A stretch of 64,000 nucleotides of DNA, taken from Vulcanimicrobiota bacterium (GTDB lineage: Bacteria > Vulcanimicrobiota > Vulcanimicrobiia > Vulcanimicrobiales > Vulcanimicrobiaceae). Shown piece after piece: positions 39,219 through 48,218 of this stretch. The translations under genes were made by a program, and so were the position numbers. The DNA lies in assembly GCA_963733295.1 (NCBI GenBank), contig CAVTCS010000003.1:2592001-2656000 (forward strand), written 5' to 3'. Under the pieces are notes generated by a model. That model was given only the letters and a program-made list of their open reading frames with translations, did not search any database and was not told the DNA's origin. How positions within the stretch are numbered: the first letter of the stretch is position 1; each line of letters opens with the position of its first letter.

Positions 39219-40570
39219 CGCGGACCGCTCGTTCGCAGGTAGAGCCGCACGTCGCCTTGCTCGGCCGCCCGCGACCAGCCGTCGCCAAGTTCGAGCAGAC
39301 CGGCGAGCGTGGCGTGCCGATCGACGATGACCGCATCGATAGCGTTGCGCCGCACGCTGGAGCGCCAGCTTCCGGTTCCCGTCGCCATCGAATGTTGCTC
39401 GGCGCGCACCTTCGCCGGGTATGCGGCCTCGCGCTCATCCATGAACACGGCGAGGTGCGCGTCGCCGGCAGCAACCGCGCTTCCGCACCACTCGAGTCGC
39501 GTGCACAGGATGCGGTGCTCGCGGCCGCCGGCTTGTAAAGGTCCGTCGAGGATCGCGCTCGGCACGGCGTCCGACGCACTCGCTCGTGCGGCGGACCATG
39601 CCCCGAGCGCAAGGATCGCGAGCAATCCGAATGCGAACGAGCGTCCGGCAAGGGCGGCTTCCGACGTCAGCGCGCTCTGTGCGGCTTGCGCCAGGACCGG
39701 CGCCGCGACGATGCCGAGCAGCGGAAGCTGATGACCGTCGACGAGCGCGACCACCAAGATCGCCAGCGTCGCGAAGATGTCGCCTCTCGCGCACCCCCGC
39801 AAGCCGAAGAACGTTGCGATCAGAAGACACGCGGAGAACCCGAGGCGGTACGCGAGCGGCGCGACGCCGTTCGGCGGCGCGGGCGTTCCGGCGAGATGCA
39901 GCGCAAGCGAGGCGAGCGCGACGAAGTCGCGGCCCGCCGGCGTTACGAACAGCGCGAGGACGCAACCGGCGAAGGCGAACCACGAAGTTCGCGCCGCGGG
40001 CGCGCTCGCGTTCTCGTCGAGGGTCCGTCCGAGCGCGACGCACAGAGCGATCCACGGCGCGAAGAAGCCCGTCGCCGAAACGTTGCACCACAGGATCGCG
40101 AGAGCGACCGCGCCGGCCGTGGCGCCGCGCCCCTTCGCGGTTATTGCCGCCACGAACGCGGCGGCCACGAGCCAATCGAGTCCACCCCCGCCGCTGCGAA
40201 TGTTCCCGAGAAAGGTCGCGGCCGCGAGCGCGGCCGCGCCGAAAGCGAGAAGCTCCGAAGCTTGGCGGCGCGCGCGGATTTCGACGAGAGCGAGCGCCGC
40301 TACGATCGCGCAGGCGCTTACGAGCGCGAGCCCGCGCGTGCCCGCCACACGCGCGACGAGAGCTTCGAGGGCGTCGGCGAGCCAACCGAAAGCGCCGCTC
40401 GGAGAACCCGGCGCCGAGAACGTTTCGCGGCCGAGCGTCGTGGCGACGCCGTGGCCGCCGAGCGTTTGCGCGCCGAGCCAGAGCTGCTCGTCGAGGCCGA
40501 GCGCGGAAACCGAGAAGAGCGCGCAGAGAACGATCGTCGCGGCGAGCAGAACTCGTCCGAGCCAGATCAA
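39215..40570 (-). CDS. Divergent paralog of the adjacent GT-C-like membrane protein
   Basis: Shares TxLGxETFSAPG, LWxNV and VFxDxR..xP..V with 37623-39218. Confidence 0.65.
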   Translation of the reverse strand: MIWLGRVLLAATIVLCALFSVSALGLDEQLWLGAQTLGGHGVATTLGRETFSAPGSPSGAFGWLADALEALVARVAGTRGLALVSACAIVAALALVEIRARRQASELLAFGAAALAAATFLGNIRSGGGGLDWLVAAAFVAAITAKGRGATAGAVALAILWCNVSATGFFAPWIALCVALGRTLDENASAPAARTSWFAFAGCVLALFVTPAGRDFVALASLALHLAGTPAPPNGVAPLAYRLGFSACLLIATFFGLRGCARGDIFATLAILVVALVDGHQLPLLGIVAAPVLAQAAQSALTSEAALAGRSFAFGLLAILALGAWSAARASASDAVPSAILDGPLQAGGREHRILCTRLEWCGSAVAAGDAHLAVFMDEREAAYPAKVRAEQHSMATGTGSWRSSVRRNAIDAVIVDRHATLAGLLELGDGWSRAAEQGDVRLYLRTSGPR

Positions 40571-40571
40571 C

Positions 40572-40922
40572 TCATTCGAGAGTCAGGCGATCGCCGACGA
40601 GCACGTCGCGGCCGACTTCCGGACCCGCGCCGAGTTCGACGACGGAAGCCGAATCGCGGCACGAAAAAGCCAAACGGTTCGGCTTCGCCGCATGCACGAT
40701 GCGCAGCACCTTTCCGTCCTTATCGAGGAAAAATAAATCGATCGTCGCGCGCATTCCCATCGTGTGCACCGCCGAGCACCCGTCGATCCATAAGCCCTCG
40801 TCGGGCGAGACCGTACCGTGCCCCAGAAGGCCCACGCCGCGCGTCCAAAAGTTCGTCGCGCGCGCGATGCGCGTTGCGATCACTTTGCCGTTGGTGGTGT
40901 TGCGTAAGACGTGAACGTTCAC
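40572..40922 (-). CDS. DUF192 family protein
   Basis: R..GLLG, VHTMGMR..ID..FLD and VVEL.AG motifs. Confidence 0.85.
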   Translation of the reverse strand: MNVHVLRNTTNGKVIATRIARATNFWTRGVGLLGHGTVSPDEGLWIDGCSAVHTMGMRATIDLFFLDKDGKVLRIVHAAKPNRLAFSCRDSASVVELGAGPEVGRDVLVGDRLTLE

Positions 40923-40932
40923 TCGATCGCGC

Positions 40933-41550
40933 TCACGGGAAAACGTTGAAGGTCAGCGCCGCGCCGATGGCGCCGGCGAGGTACGGAGCGAACGCGATCG
41001 GTTCGCCTTTCCGTTTGCGGATCAAGGTGACCGTCACGGCGGCGACGCAGGCCAACGCGCAAGCCACGATCGCGACCGGCAGCCCCAGCACCGCTCCACC
41101 CAGCGCAACCAGCTTGACGTCGCCCCAGCCCATCCCCAGACCCTTTGAGAGCAGCGCCGCGACGGCGAACGGCGCCGTCACGATCAGCGACGAGAGGATG
41201 ATGGTCCACTCCCGCGTGACGAGCGCGATCGCGAACACGATGATCAAGGGGACGACGGTAAAGTAATCGGGCACGATTCCACAGCGTACGTCGCTGTACG
41301 AGCTCGCGACCAGCGCGACGCAAACGACGCCGATGATGAGCAGCGCCGGAATCGTCGCTCCTCGCCATGCGAGCCAGCCGCCCAGCAGCCCGCTGCACAC
41401 GATCAGGAGTTCGACCGGCGGCCGCCCCGGGCGCGGCCCGTCGTCAAAAGGCGTGAAGTCGCGGCAGATCGCGGCGCTGAATTGAATGCCTAAAAAGGCC
41501 GCGGACGCATAGACGACCGCGCTCACCGCGACGAGCCAGATCGGGCTCAT
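40933..41550 (-). CDS. Second A24 prepilin peptidase (PilD C-terminal-like)
   Basis: SD...IVPD, GMGWGDVKL and PIAFAPYL motifs. Confidence 0.85.
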   Translation of the reverse strand: MSPIWLVAVSAVVYASAAFLGIQFSAAICRDFTPFDDGPRPGRPPVELLIVCSGLLGGWLAWRGATIPALLIIGVVCVALVASSYSDVRCGIVPDYFTVVPLIIVFAIALVTREWTIILSSLIVTAPFAVAALLSKGLGMGWGDVKLVALGGAVLGLPVAIVACALACVAAVTVTLIRKRKGEPIAFAPYLAGAIGAALTFNVFP

Positions 41551-42413
41551 TTCGATAGATACTGTGCAACGACTCCGCCGAAGATCATGACGAAGAGCGC
41601 CGGAAGCATGAACAGCGCCATCGGAATGACCATCTTCGTCGGCATCAAATTCGCGATCTCTTCGGCGCGAATGATGCGCCGGTTCCGCGTTTCGTCGGCG
41701 AGTTCTTCGAGAACCTGCGCCAAGTTCGAACCCAAACGTTCGGCTTGAACGATCGCGGTAACCGCCGTCGAAACCTGCTCCTGCCTGATTCGCGAAGCCA
41801 TCGACTTGAGCGCGTCGGCCCGCGAGCGCCCCAAGCGAATTTCCGACAGCACGGCTTTGACCTCTTCACCGAGCGGGCCCACCGCGACTTCTTGCGCGTA
41901 ATTGAGCGCCGCGTTGAAAGCGAGACCGGCTTGAACCGTCGAGGCGAGCATGTCGAGCAGGTCGGGCAGGGCACGCTGAATCGCGCGTTTGCGCGAGGTG
42001 ACCGCCGACTTCAGCTGCGAGAGCGGGAAGTAGGCGCCGATGATCGTGAGCAGCAAGATGCCGCCCACGTAGAGCACGTCGAAGTGGCCGAAATACGTCG
42101 CGATCGCCAAGCCCAGCGTAAACCCGAAGGTCGCACCGGCGACGATGCGGGCGCCGATCTGGCCCGGCGTGACTTTATACCACCCCGCCTCGAACAGTTG
42201 CTGCTGCAAGCGCGTGCGCTGCTCGCTGCTGAAGAGCTTGTCGAAGGCTTGCGCTCGATTCGAGCCCGGTTCCCATTTGAGGCCCTCGAGTTCTTCGAGG
42301 CGCTTGGTGACGTCGCTCTTGCTCGGAACGAGCGAGATCGCGACGAGGCCCGTCGCGGTCGCAAAGCCGACCGCGATGAACAAGATGATGAGCGGCAGTC
42401 CGAAGATGTGCAT
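41547..42413 (-). CDS. tadC: Tad inner-membrane platform protein
   Basis: LPDLLDML...AGL.F..AL, QAERLG, K...P...F.LP (T2SSF domain). Confidence 0.9.
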   Translation of the reverse strand: MHIFGLPLIILFIAVGFATATGLVAISLVPSKSDVTKRLEELEGLKWEPGSNRAQAFDKLFSSEQRTRLQQQLFEAGWYKVTPGQIGARIVAGATFGFTLGLAIATYFGHFDVLYVGGILLLTIIGAYFPLSQLKSAVTSRKRAIQRALPDLLDMLASTVQAGLAFNAALNYAQEVAVGPLGEEVKAVLSEIRLGRSRADALKSMASRIRQEQVSTAVTAIVQAERLGSNLAQVLEELADETRNRRIIRAEEIANLMPTKMVIPMALFMLPALFVMIFGGVVAQYLSK

Positions 42414-42421
42414 GGGTTAGC

Positions 42422-43282
42422 CTAGACGTCGAATTGAAGAATACGATAGAGCGAGACGATCGCGAGGAATTCCAGGATGGCGACGATGCCGAGCGCCATC
42501 CAGCCGACGCGCGTGTAGAGCAGCGCGTGGCCCATCTCGCCTTGCGTGAACACGACGAAGCCTCCAACGAGCAGCGGCAAGCCCCCGATGATGAAGGCGC
42601 CGAAGCGCCCTTGAGCCGTTAACGCGGCCATTTTGCGAAAAACGCGCCGCCGGTCGCGGATGGTGCTGGCCAGCTTCTCGAGCACTTTGGCCAAGTCGCC
42701 GCCGGTCGAGGATTGAACGCGCACCACGCGCGAGAACATCGTCATCTCGTGACTCGGCATGCTGGCGCAGAGTTCGTCGAGCGCGTCCACGATCGAGATC
42801 CCGATGTTGGTGCGTCCGATGATCCGCATGAACTCGCGCCGCGCCGGATCGGGCACCTCTTCGGTGACCAGGATGATCGCTTGACGCAAGCCGAGACCGA
42901 CGCGGAGTGCGCCGGCAAGCATGCGCAAGACGAGTTCGAGCTGCTGCACGAAATTGCTGATGCGCCGGTCGCCGCGCACGCGCAAATAGAACGAGCCGGC
43001 AATGATGGATAACGCCAGGAGCAGCGGCAGCAGCGCGACCGAGACGAACAGCGTCGTGCGGAACAGAAGCACCACGCCGACCCACAGAACGGTCCCGGCA
43101 CCGACGACGATGAGCGAGAACTCCTCGGCCTTGACTTGCATGTCGGCCCGGTCGAGGCGGTATTGGAAGCCTTTTCCGAACGTCTTGAACAGGCCCGAAA
43201 CGTCGCCGCCCAGCGCGAAGATCAAGAGCCCGAGGACCGCTACGACGCTGCCGCCGATGGCGTACGGGTAGTAACTTACCAC
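42422..43282 (-). CDS. tadB: Tad inner-membrane platform protein
   Basis: F..QL...L..L...LR.G, TGGDL..VL..L..TIRDR, LTAQGR. Confidence 0.9.
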   Translation of the reverse strand: MVSYYPYAIGGSVVAVLGLLIFALGGDVSGLFKTFGKGFQYRLDRADMQVKAEEFSLIVVGAGTVLWVGVVLLFRTTLFVSVALLPLLLALSIIAGSFYLRVRGDRRISNFVQQLELVLRMLAGALRVGLGLRQAIILVTEEVPDPARREFMRIIGRTNIGISIVDALDELCASMPSHEMTMFSRVVRVQSSTGGDLAKVLEKLASTIRDRRRVFRKMAALTAQGRFGAFIIGGLPLLVGGFVVFTQGEMGHALLYTRVGWMALGIVAILEFLAIVSLYRILQFDV

Positions 43283-45339
43283 AGCGTTCCCGCGGATTGC
43301 ATGCGAGCGAGCTCGCGAATGTCGAAGTCCACGCCGGACTCGTCGAAGCGCGTCGCGTAGTGCGGCTGAACGCCGGTGTACTGAAACTCGCCGAGCACCT
43401 GCCCGTCGGTGTCGATCCCGCGCGCTTGGTACCGGACGAGCTCCTGCATGGTGACGACGTCGCCTTCCATTCCGACGACCTCGGAGATGCTCGTGACCTT
43501 ACGCGTGCCGTCCTTCATGCGCGCGATCTGAATGATCGCGTCGACGGCCGAGGCGACTTGCTCGCGGATGGCGCGCACCGGAAGGTCGAAACCCGCCATC
43601 AGCACCAGCGTCTCCAAGCGCGAAAGCGCGTCGCGCGGGGTATTCGCGTGGAGCGTCGTCAGCGAACCGTCGTGACCGGTGTTCATCGCCTGCAGCATGT
43701 CGAGCGCTTCGCCGCCGCGGCACTCGCCGACGACGATCCGGTCGGGACGCATACGCAGCGAGTTTCGGACGAGGTCGCGAATCGTGATCTGCCCTCGGCC
43801 CTCGAGATTGGGCGGCCGCGATTCGAGCCGGACCACGTGATCTTGTCCGAGGCTGAGTTCGGCCGCGTCCTCGATCGTCACGATGCGTTCGGAGTTCGGG
43901 ATGTAGTTCGAGAGGATGTTCAAGAAGGTCGTTTTTCCCGAACCCGTACCTCCGCTGACCAAGATGTTGAGCCGCGACTGAACCATCGCCCGCAACAGAC
44001 CCACGCACTCCGGCGTGATCGAGCCGTACTTGAGCAGATCGTCCATCGTCAGGCGGCGCGTGCCGAAACGCCGGATCGTGAGCGTCGAACCGTCGAGCGC
44101 GAGCGGTTCGATGATCGCGTTGACGCGCGAGCCGTCGGGCAGACGCGCGTCGACCATCGGCGAGGCTTCGTCGATGCGCCGGCCGAGCGGGGCGATGATG
44201 CGCTCGATGATCGTGCGCAGATGGCGTTCGTCGTTGAAGCGCCGATCGGTCAAAGAAAGTTTGCCGCTGCGCTCGACGTAAATCGTCTCGGGTCCGTTGA
44301 CCATGATTTCGCTGACCGCCGGGTCGCGCATGAGATCTTCGAGCGGCCCGAGGCCGAGGACTTCGTCGATGATCTCTTGCTGAAGTTCTGCGCGCTCCTC
44401 GGCGTTGTCGATCTCCGGGCGCTCGGCCAGCAGCTGCGAGGTGACTTCCGCGATCTGGGCGCGCAGTTCGGCCAGCTTCTGCCCGTCGGTGTGCGCGCGG
44501 CTGGCGGCGACGACGTCGATGCGCTTGGTGATCTGCTCGTGGACTTCGGCTTTGAGGCGATTGCGCTGCTCGTTCGGCTGGCGGTACGCTTTGGATTCGA
44601 AATGACCGTTCTGCGAAACGCCGCCGGGAGTCGAAGTCGTCGAACCGATCGGAACCGAAGCCGAGGAACGCAGCTGGCTCAGCGGCGCTTCCGAGGTAAT
44701 ATCGCTGAAGCGCTTCGCGAGCAGTTCGATCGCGCGCGGATAGTTGCGGTCGGCCTTTACCGGAACCTCGCCGACGACGGTTCCGCCGAGGGCCTTTTCG
44801 AGTTCGCGGGCCGTGATCTCGGCACGTCCGCTGCGCAGGTTGGTGACGATCCAAACGCGGCCGAGCGGAACGCCGAATTTCTGTAGGTCGCCGATCAGCG
44901 TGCGCGCCGCGGCGGTGCCGAGCAGATTTGGTTCGAGGACGATCACGAAACGCGTCGCACGCGTGACGAACGGACGCACCGCCGAACTGAACGGCGTCGG
45001 CGTGTCGACGATGACCAGATCGTGCTGACGCACGAGCTTGTCGACGAGCGCGTCGACTTCGTCGACGCGAAGCGCATACGCGTTGTCGATCGTGTCGGTC
45101 AGCTCGACCGCAGTCATGCCGCCGGTTTGAATGACCGAGTAGACGCCGATCGAGCGGTTCGCGTCGAGTTGGCGAACCGAGTCGAGCAAAACCGAAAGCG
45201 TGCGCCGTCCCGACAGGTCGCCGTCGACGATCGCGACGTGACTTCCGTTGCGCCGGATTTGGCGCGCCGTCTCAACGGAGAGGGTCGTCGCGCCCGATCC
45301 GCCCTTCGCGTTGATGACGACGACGATAGGAGCGCTCAT
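43276..45339 (-). CDS. tadA: Fused TadZ/CpaE (MinD-like) and TadA/CpaF assembly ATPase
   Basis: N-terminal KGGSGATT deviant Walker A and IVDTP; C-terminal [34 protein letters not shown] and MNTGH. Confidence 0.92.
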   Translation of the reverse strand: MSAPIVVVINAKGGSGATTLSVETARQIRRNGSHVAIVDGDLSGRRTLSVLLDSVRQLDANRSIGVYSVIQTGGMTAVELTDTIDNAYALRVDEVDALVDKLVRQHDLVIVDTPTPFSSAVRPFVTRATRFVIVLEPNLLGTAAARTLIGDLQKFGVPLGRVWIVTNLRSGRAEITARELEKALGGTVVGEVPVKADRNYPRAIELLAKRFSDITSEAPLSQLRSSASVPIGSTTSTPGGVSQNGHFESKAYRQPNEQRNRLKAEVHEQITKRIDVVAASRAHTDGQKLAELRAQIAEVTSQLLAERPEIDNAEERAELQQEIIDEVLGLGPLEDLMRDPAVSEIMVNGPETIYVERSGKLSLTDRRFNDERHLRTIIERIIAPLGRRIDEASPMVDARLPDGSRVNAIIEPLALDGSTLTIRRFGTRRLTMDDLLKYGSITPECVGLLRAMVQSRLNILVSGGTGSGKTTFLNILSNYIPNSERIVTIEDAAELSLGQDHVVRLESRPPNLEGRGQITIRDLVRNSLRMRPDRIVVGECRGGEALDMLQAMNTGHDGSLTTLHANTPRDALSRLETLVLMAGFDLPVRAIREQVASAVDAIIQIARMKDGTRKVTSISEVVGMEGDVVTMQELVRYQARGIDTDGQVLGEFQYTGVQPHYATRFDESGVDFDIRELARMQSAGTLW

Positions 45340-46172
45340 ATGCCTTCTGCGGTAATCTTATCGCCGTCGATCATTTGAACTGGTGACCTCACGCCGGGGA
45401 TGCGCGCCGGCACCGTCGGCGGCGGAACGTTGGCGGGTTTTGCCGCCGGACCACCGTTGCCCCCACCCAAATCGTTGAAGGTGAGTTCGTCCGCAGGCAG
45501 CGAGCGAACCGCCTCCTGCGGCGAGCGGAGCGCGAGCCGCAACGTCGTGTTGAGGTCGGCCGTCGTCAGGAGCTTCGCTTGTTCGGGCGTGACTCCGAGC
45601 GTAATCGTTCCGGGATTCGCATTGTCCGGCGAAGGCGTCGCACCCGCTTCATCGAGCGAGTTGTTGATCGCGAGGATCATCGCGCCGCGAATGATCGCCA
45701 TCGTGCGCGGCGGCTTGCCCTGACCGCGCGGAACCGATGCTAAGACGTCGACGCGGTCGCCCGGCTGGATCAAACCGGAAACGGCTTTGATGCGGTCGCC
45801 CGGAATCGTCAGCGCGCGCTCGCCGGTCTTCAGTCGCACCGTCAGGCCGACTTCGGCGGGACGTCCGACCTTCGTTTCGGTGATCGTCGAGCCCGACGGA
45901 ATGGTGATGAGCGCGATGTCGCCTTCGGCTTGCTTCGGATCGCTCAGCGCTCCGGGTTCGACTTCGTTTCCCGGCCGAACGGTACGAGTTAGCATGTCGG
46001 GCGTAATCTTGGCGCGCGCGGGGATGTCGCGGTTGGCTACGATGATCGGACGGTTCTCGACCTGCTGGACCTGCTGCTGTTGCTGAATCGACGAGAGATA
46101 GCGCAGCGTCAGAATGCCGGTTCCGATAGCGAGCACGACGGCGACGAGTAGCGTAATGCGGCGGGTATTCAC
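45336..46172 (-). CDS. cpaB: Flp pilus assembly protein CpaB/RcpC
   Basis: N-terminal TM, SAF domain (VANRDIP), G.RA..I, GLIQPGDRVDV, L.LALR. Confidence 0.92.
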   Translation of the reverse strand: MNTRRITLLVAVVLAIGTGILTLRYLSSIQQQQQVQQVENRPIIVANRDIPARAKITPDMLTRTVRPGNEVEPGALSDPKQAEGDIALITIPSGSTITETKVGRPAEVGLTVRLKTGERALTIPGDRIKAVSGLIQPGDRVDVLASVPRGQGKPPRTMAIIRGAMILAINNSLDEAGATPSPDNANPGTITLGVTPEQAKLLTTADLNTTLRLALRSPQEAVRSLPADELTFNDLGGGNGGPAAKPANVPPPTVPARIPGVRSPVQMIDGDKITAEGI

Positions 46173-46693
46173 AGAGGAAGCCTCAAGAATGGTGCGGCGG
46201 TGTGGGACAGGGCCACGGCGACCGCACCCGTCGCGATCGCAACCGCGTACGGGAGGGTTACCGATTCCTTCGGGGTTACCGCGACTGTGCCCTTATAGGC
46301 AAGCGGGCGCAGCAAGAGTGTGACGGAGCGGAGGACGCTGCGCAGGCGTCCCGTCGCGGTGGCGACGACGAGCGCCAGAACCCCGCCCCCGAGCGCCGTG
46401 TAGATCAAGAACGGGACGGCGTCGGGAAAGCCAAAAGCAGCCGCCGACGCGGCCGCTAGTTTGACGTCGCCGCCACCTAGCCAGCCCATCGAAAAAGCGA
46501 GAAAACCGAGGAAAAGCACGACGAGCAGAGCGAGCAGCGAGGCCAGCAACTCGCGCCAGCCATGCAGCGCGTGGAAGAGCAGCGCCGCTGCAGCCAGCAC
46601 GCCGGTCAGCCAATTCGGGATGCGGCGCGTCGTCAGGTCGGTGGCGACCGCGATCGCACAGGCCGCGAGCACGAACCAAATCGCGAGGGTCAT
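46169..46693 (-). CDS. cpaA: Flp prepilin peptidase CpaA/TadV
   Basis: TDL..RRIPN, GGGDVKL and LPYAVAI motifs. Confidence 0.9.
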   Translation of the reverse strand: MTLAIWFVLAACAIAVATDLTTRRIPNWLTGVLAAAALLFHALHGWRELLASLLALLVVLFLGFLAFSMGWLGGGDVKLAAASAAAFGFPDAVPFLIYTALGGGVLALVVATATGRLRSVLRSVTLLLRPLAYKGTVAVTPKESVTLPYAVAIATGAVAVALSHTAAPFLRLPL

Positions 46694-46720
46694 CGGCCGG
46701 CGCTCATGCGGAAGGAGCGG

Positions 46721-46897
46721 TTAAGGCTCGACGTTTGCGATCGCGCTCGCGGAGGTCCAGGCCGTTGCATTGGCCCCGTTTCCGAGAAAGACGAGCGCAG
46801 TTATGGCCGCCAGGGCCACCAGTCCGAGGACGAGCGCATATTCAACGAGGCCTTGCCCACGGCGGTCCTTGACGATCGATCGGGATTTCTTTGCCAT
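46721..46897 (-). CDS. flp: Flp type IVb pilin 2 (58 aa)
   Basis: RG|QGLVEYAL motif and hydrophobic helix; GAGG RBS. Confidence 0.88.
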   Translation of the reverse strand: MAKKSRSIVKDRRGQGLVEYALVLGLVALAAITALVFLGNGANATAWTSASAIANVEP

Positions 46898-47039
46898 GGA
46901 AACGGCGCCTCGCAATGTTGGGGGAATCGACCACCCGTCGTGGCGGCCCGATGGGTGCCCGAGCGAACGACGAAATAGAAGTCTTGAACGGATCGAACGT
47001 TCGGATCCCGTACCGCGCGATACGAACGAAGAGAATGGA

Positions 47040-47067
47040 CTCCGCGGCTGCAGGGCCAGCCGCGGAG
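47040..47067 (-). terminator. Hairpin downstream of the major pilin gene
   Basis: Perfect 11-bp stem CTCCGCGGCTG/CAGCCGCGGAG with a 6-nt loop and pyrimidine-rich tail on the minus strand. Confidence 0.65.
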
Positions 47068-47081
47068 ACCGTACTGCCGGT

Positions 47082-47246
47082 TTAGCTGAGCTGGGATGCC
47101 GCGTTGTTCAGCGTGTTGCTGGCCTTGCCGCCCAACAGCCGCAGCGCCGCGATCGCGACGATCGAGACGAGGGCAATGATCAGGGCGTACTCGACGAGGC
47201 CCTGGCCTTCGTCATTGCGGAGCATGGCGGTGAAATTCTTAAGCAC
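47082..47246 (-). CDS. flp: Flp type IVb pilin 1 (54 aa; missing from the ORF track)
   Basis: MLKNFTAMLRNDEG|QGLVEYALIIALVSIVAIAALRLLGGKASNTLNNAASQLS; GTG start after a strong AAGGAG RBS. Confidence 0.93.
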   Translation of the reverse strand: MLKNFTAMLRNDEGQGLVEYALIIALVSIVAIAALRLLGGKASNTLNNAASQLS

Positions 47247-47294
47247 GGGTTCTCCTTGATAGCGTGAGGTGAGTAGTGAGTGAGCGGGGGAGCC

Positions 47295-48077
47295 CTACCG
47301 GTCTTCCCTAGGTATCTCATCGGACGGAACGGTCACCGTCCAGTTAGCTGGATTCATCACTATTTGGGCGGTTCGTGCCGTGATGCCCGGCACTGAGGAA
47401 ACGACGACGCTGATAATCGAGCCGGAGTAGTATCCCGGCGCTACCGATATGTCCGCATGGAAGCGGCCGTCGGCGTCGGTGGTGCTTGCCGAACGGCTCA
47501 GCACCACGTCCGGAAGCCACCTGCTGGGCGTCTGGACCAACGTTATGGTTATCGGCAGGTTGGCCGGAGCTTTACCATCGACCAAAACCCGGAACTGGCC
47601 GGGCTTCTGGGTGACCGACAGAACGCTGACCGCCCCCGATGCCCGGCCGGCGAGCCGGCCCGGACCGTTCGGGTTGACCACGACGACGGGCGGCTGGCCG
47701 GTCCCGGGGTTGGCCGGGTACTTTGCGGCGATCTGCCGCAACCGGTCCACGAACTCTTCCGAGACGTAGATCTCGTTGAGGTAGAAATACGGCGGGTTCC
47801 CCGTCATCGACTCGGTCTTATCGTTGACGTAGAACAGGATGTCGGACGGCCTCACCAAGACGGTGACGCCCGGCCGATAGAGCGATACGGCGTTTTCGGG
47901 GCCCAAGTAGGCGTACTTGTAGCCCAGCTCGGCCGCGACTTTGGAAAGGGCGTACCCTTCCTCTGCCCGGACCGCGGCCGGAGCCAGGGTCGAGGCGAAG
48001 ATGGTTAGGGCGGCACCCACCGCGAGACGATTCAAGAGTTCCCTCCGCTTCCGCACTTTATGCGTTGGGCTATCCAA
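47295..48077 (-). CDS. Hypothetical secreted protein upstream of flp
   Basis: Basic (KRREL) leader plus hydrophobic signal; N-domain loosely resembles copper amine oxidase N-terminal stalk (VA.ELGY, P......IYV); beta-rich C-domain. Confidence 0.65.
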   Translation of the reverse strand: MDSPTHKVRKRRELLNRLAVGAALTIFASTLAPAAVRAEEGYALSKVAAELGYKYAYLGPENAVSLYRPGVTVLVRPSDILFYVNDKTESMTGNPPYFYLNEIYVSEEFVDRLRQIAAKYPANPGTGQPPVVVVNPNGPGRLAGRASGAVSVLSVTQKPGQFRVLVDGKAPANLPITITLVQTPSRWLPDVVLSRSASTTDADGRFHADISVAPGYYSGSIISVVVSSVPGITARTAQIVMNPANWTVTVPSDEIPREDR

Positions 48078-48218
48078 GACGCAATGCTTTGCACTAATAT
48101 TTTACAGGACGATCACGCGGTGTTGACGCGTTAACGCCGATAAAGTGATAACAGTTATAGAACGTTTCGAGCCCCCGGCCTCGAAACCTTAGCCTCCACG
48201 ACCCTTGGAGCACCTCTG

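Noticed and set aside
47040..47067. REP or MITE element
   Set aside because: No second copy noticed in the window; its position after the pilin stop fits a terminator or stabiliser.
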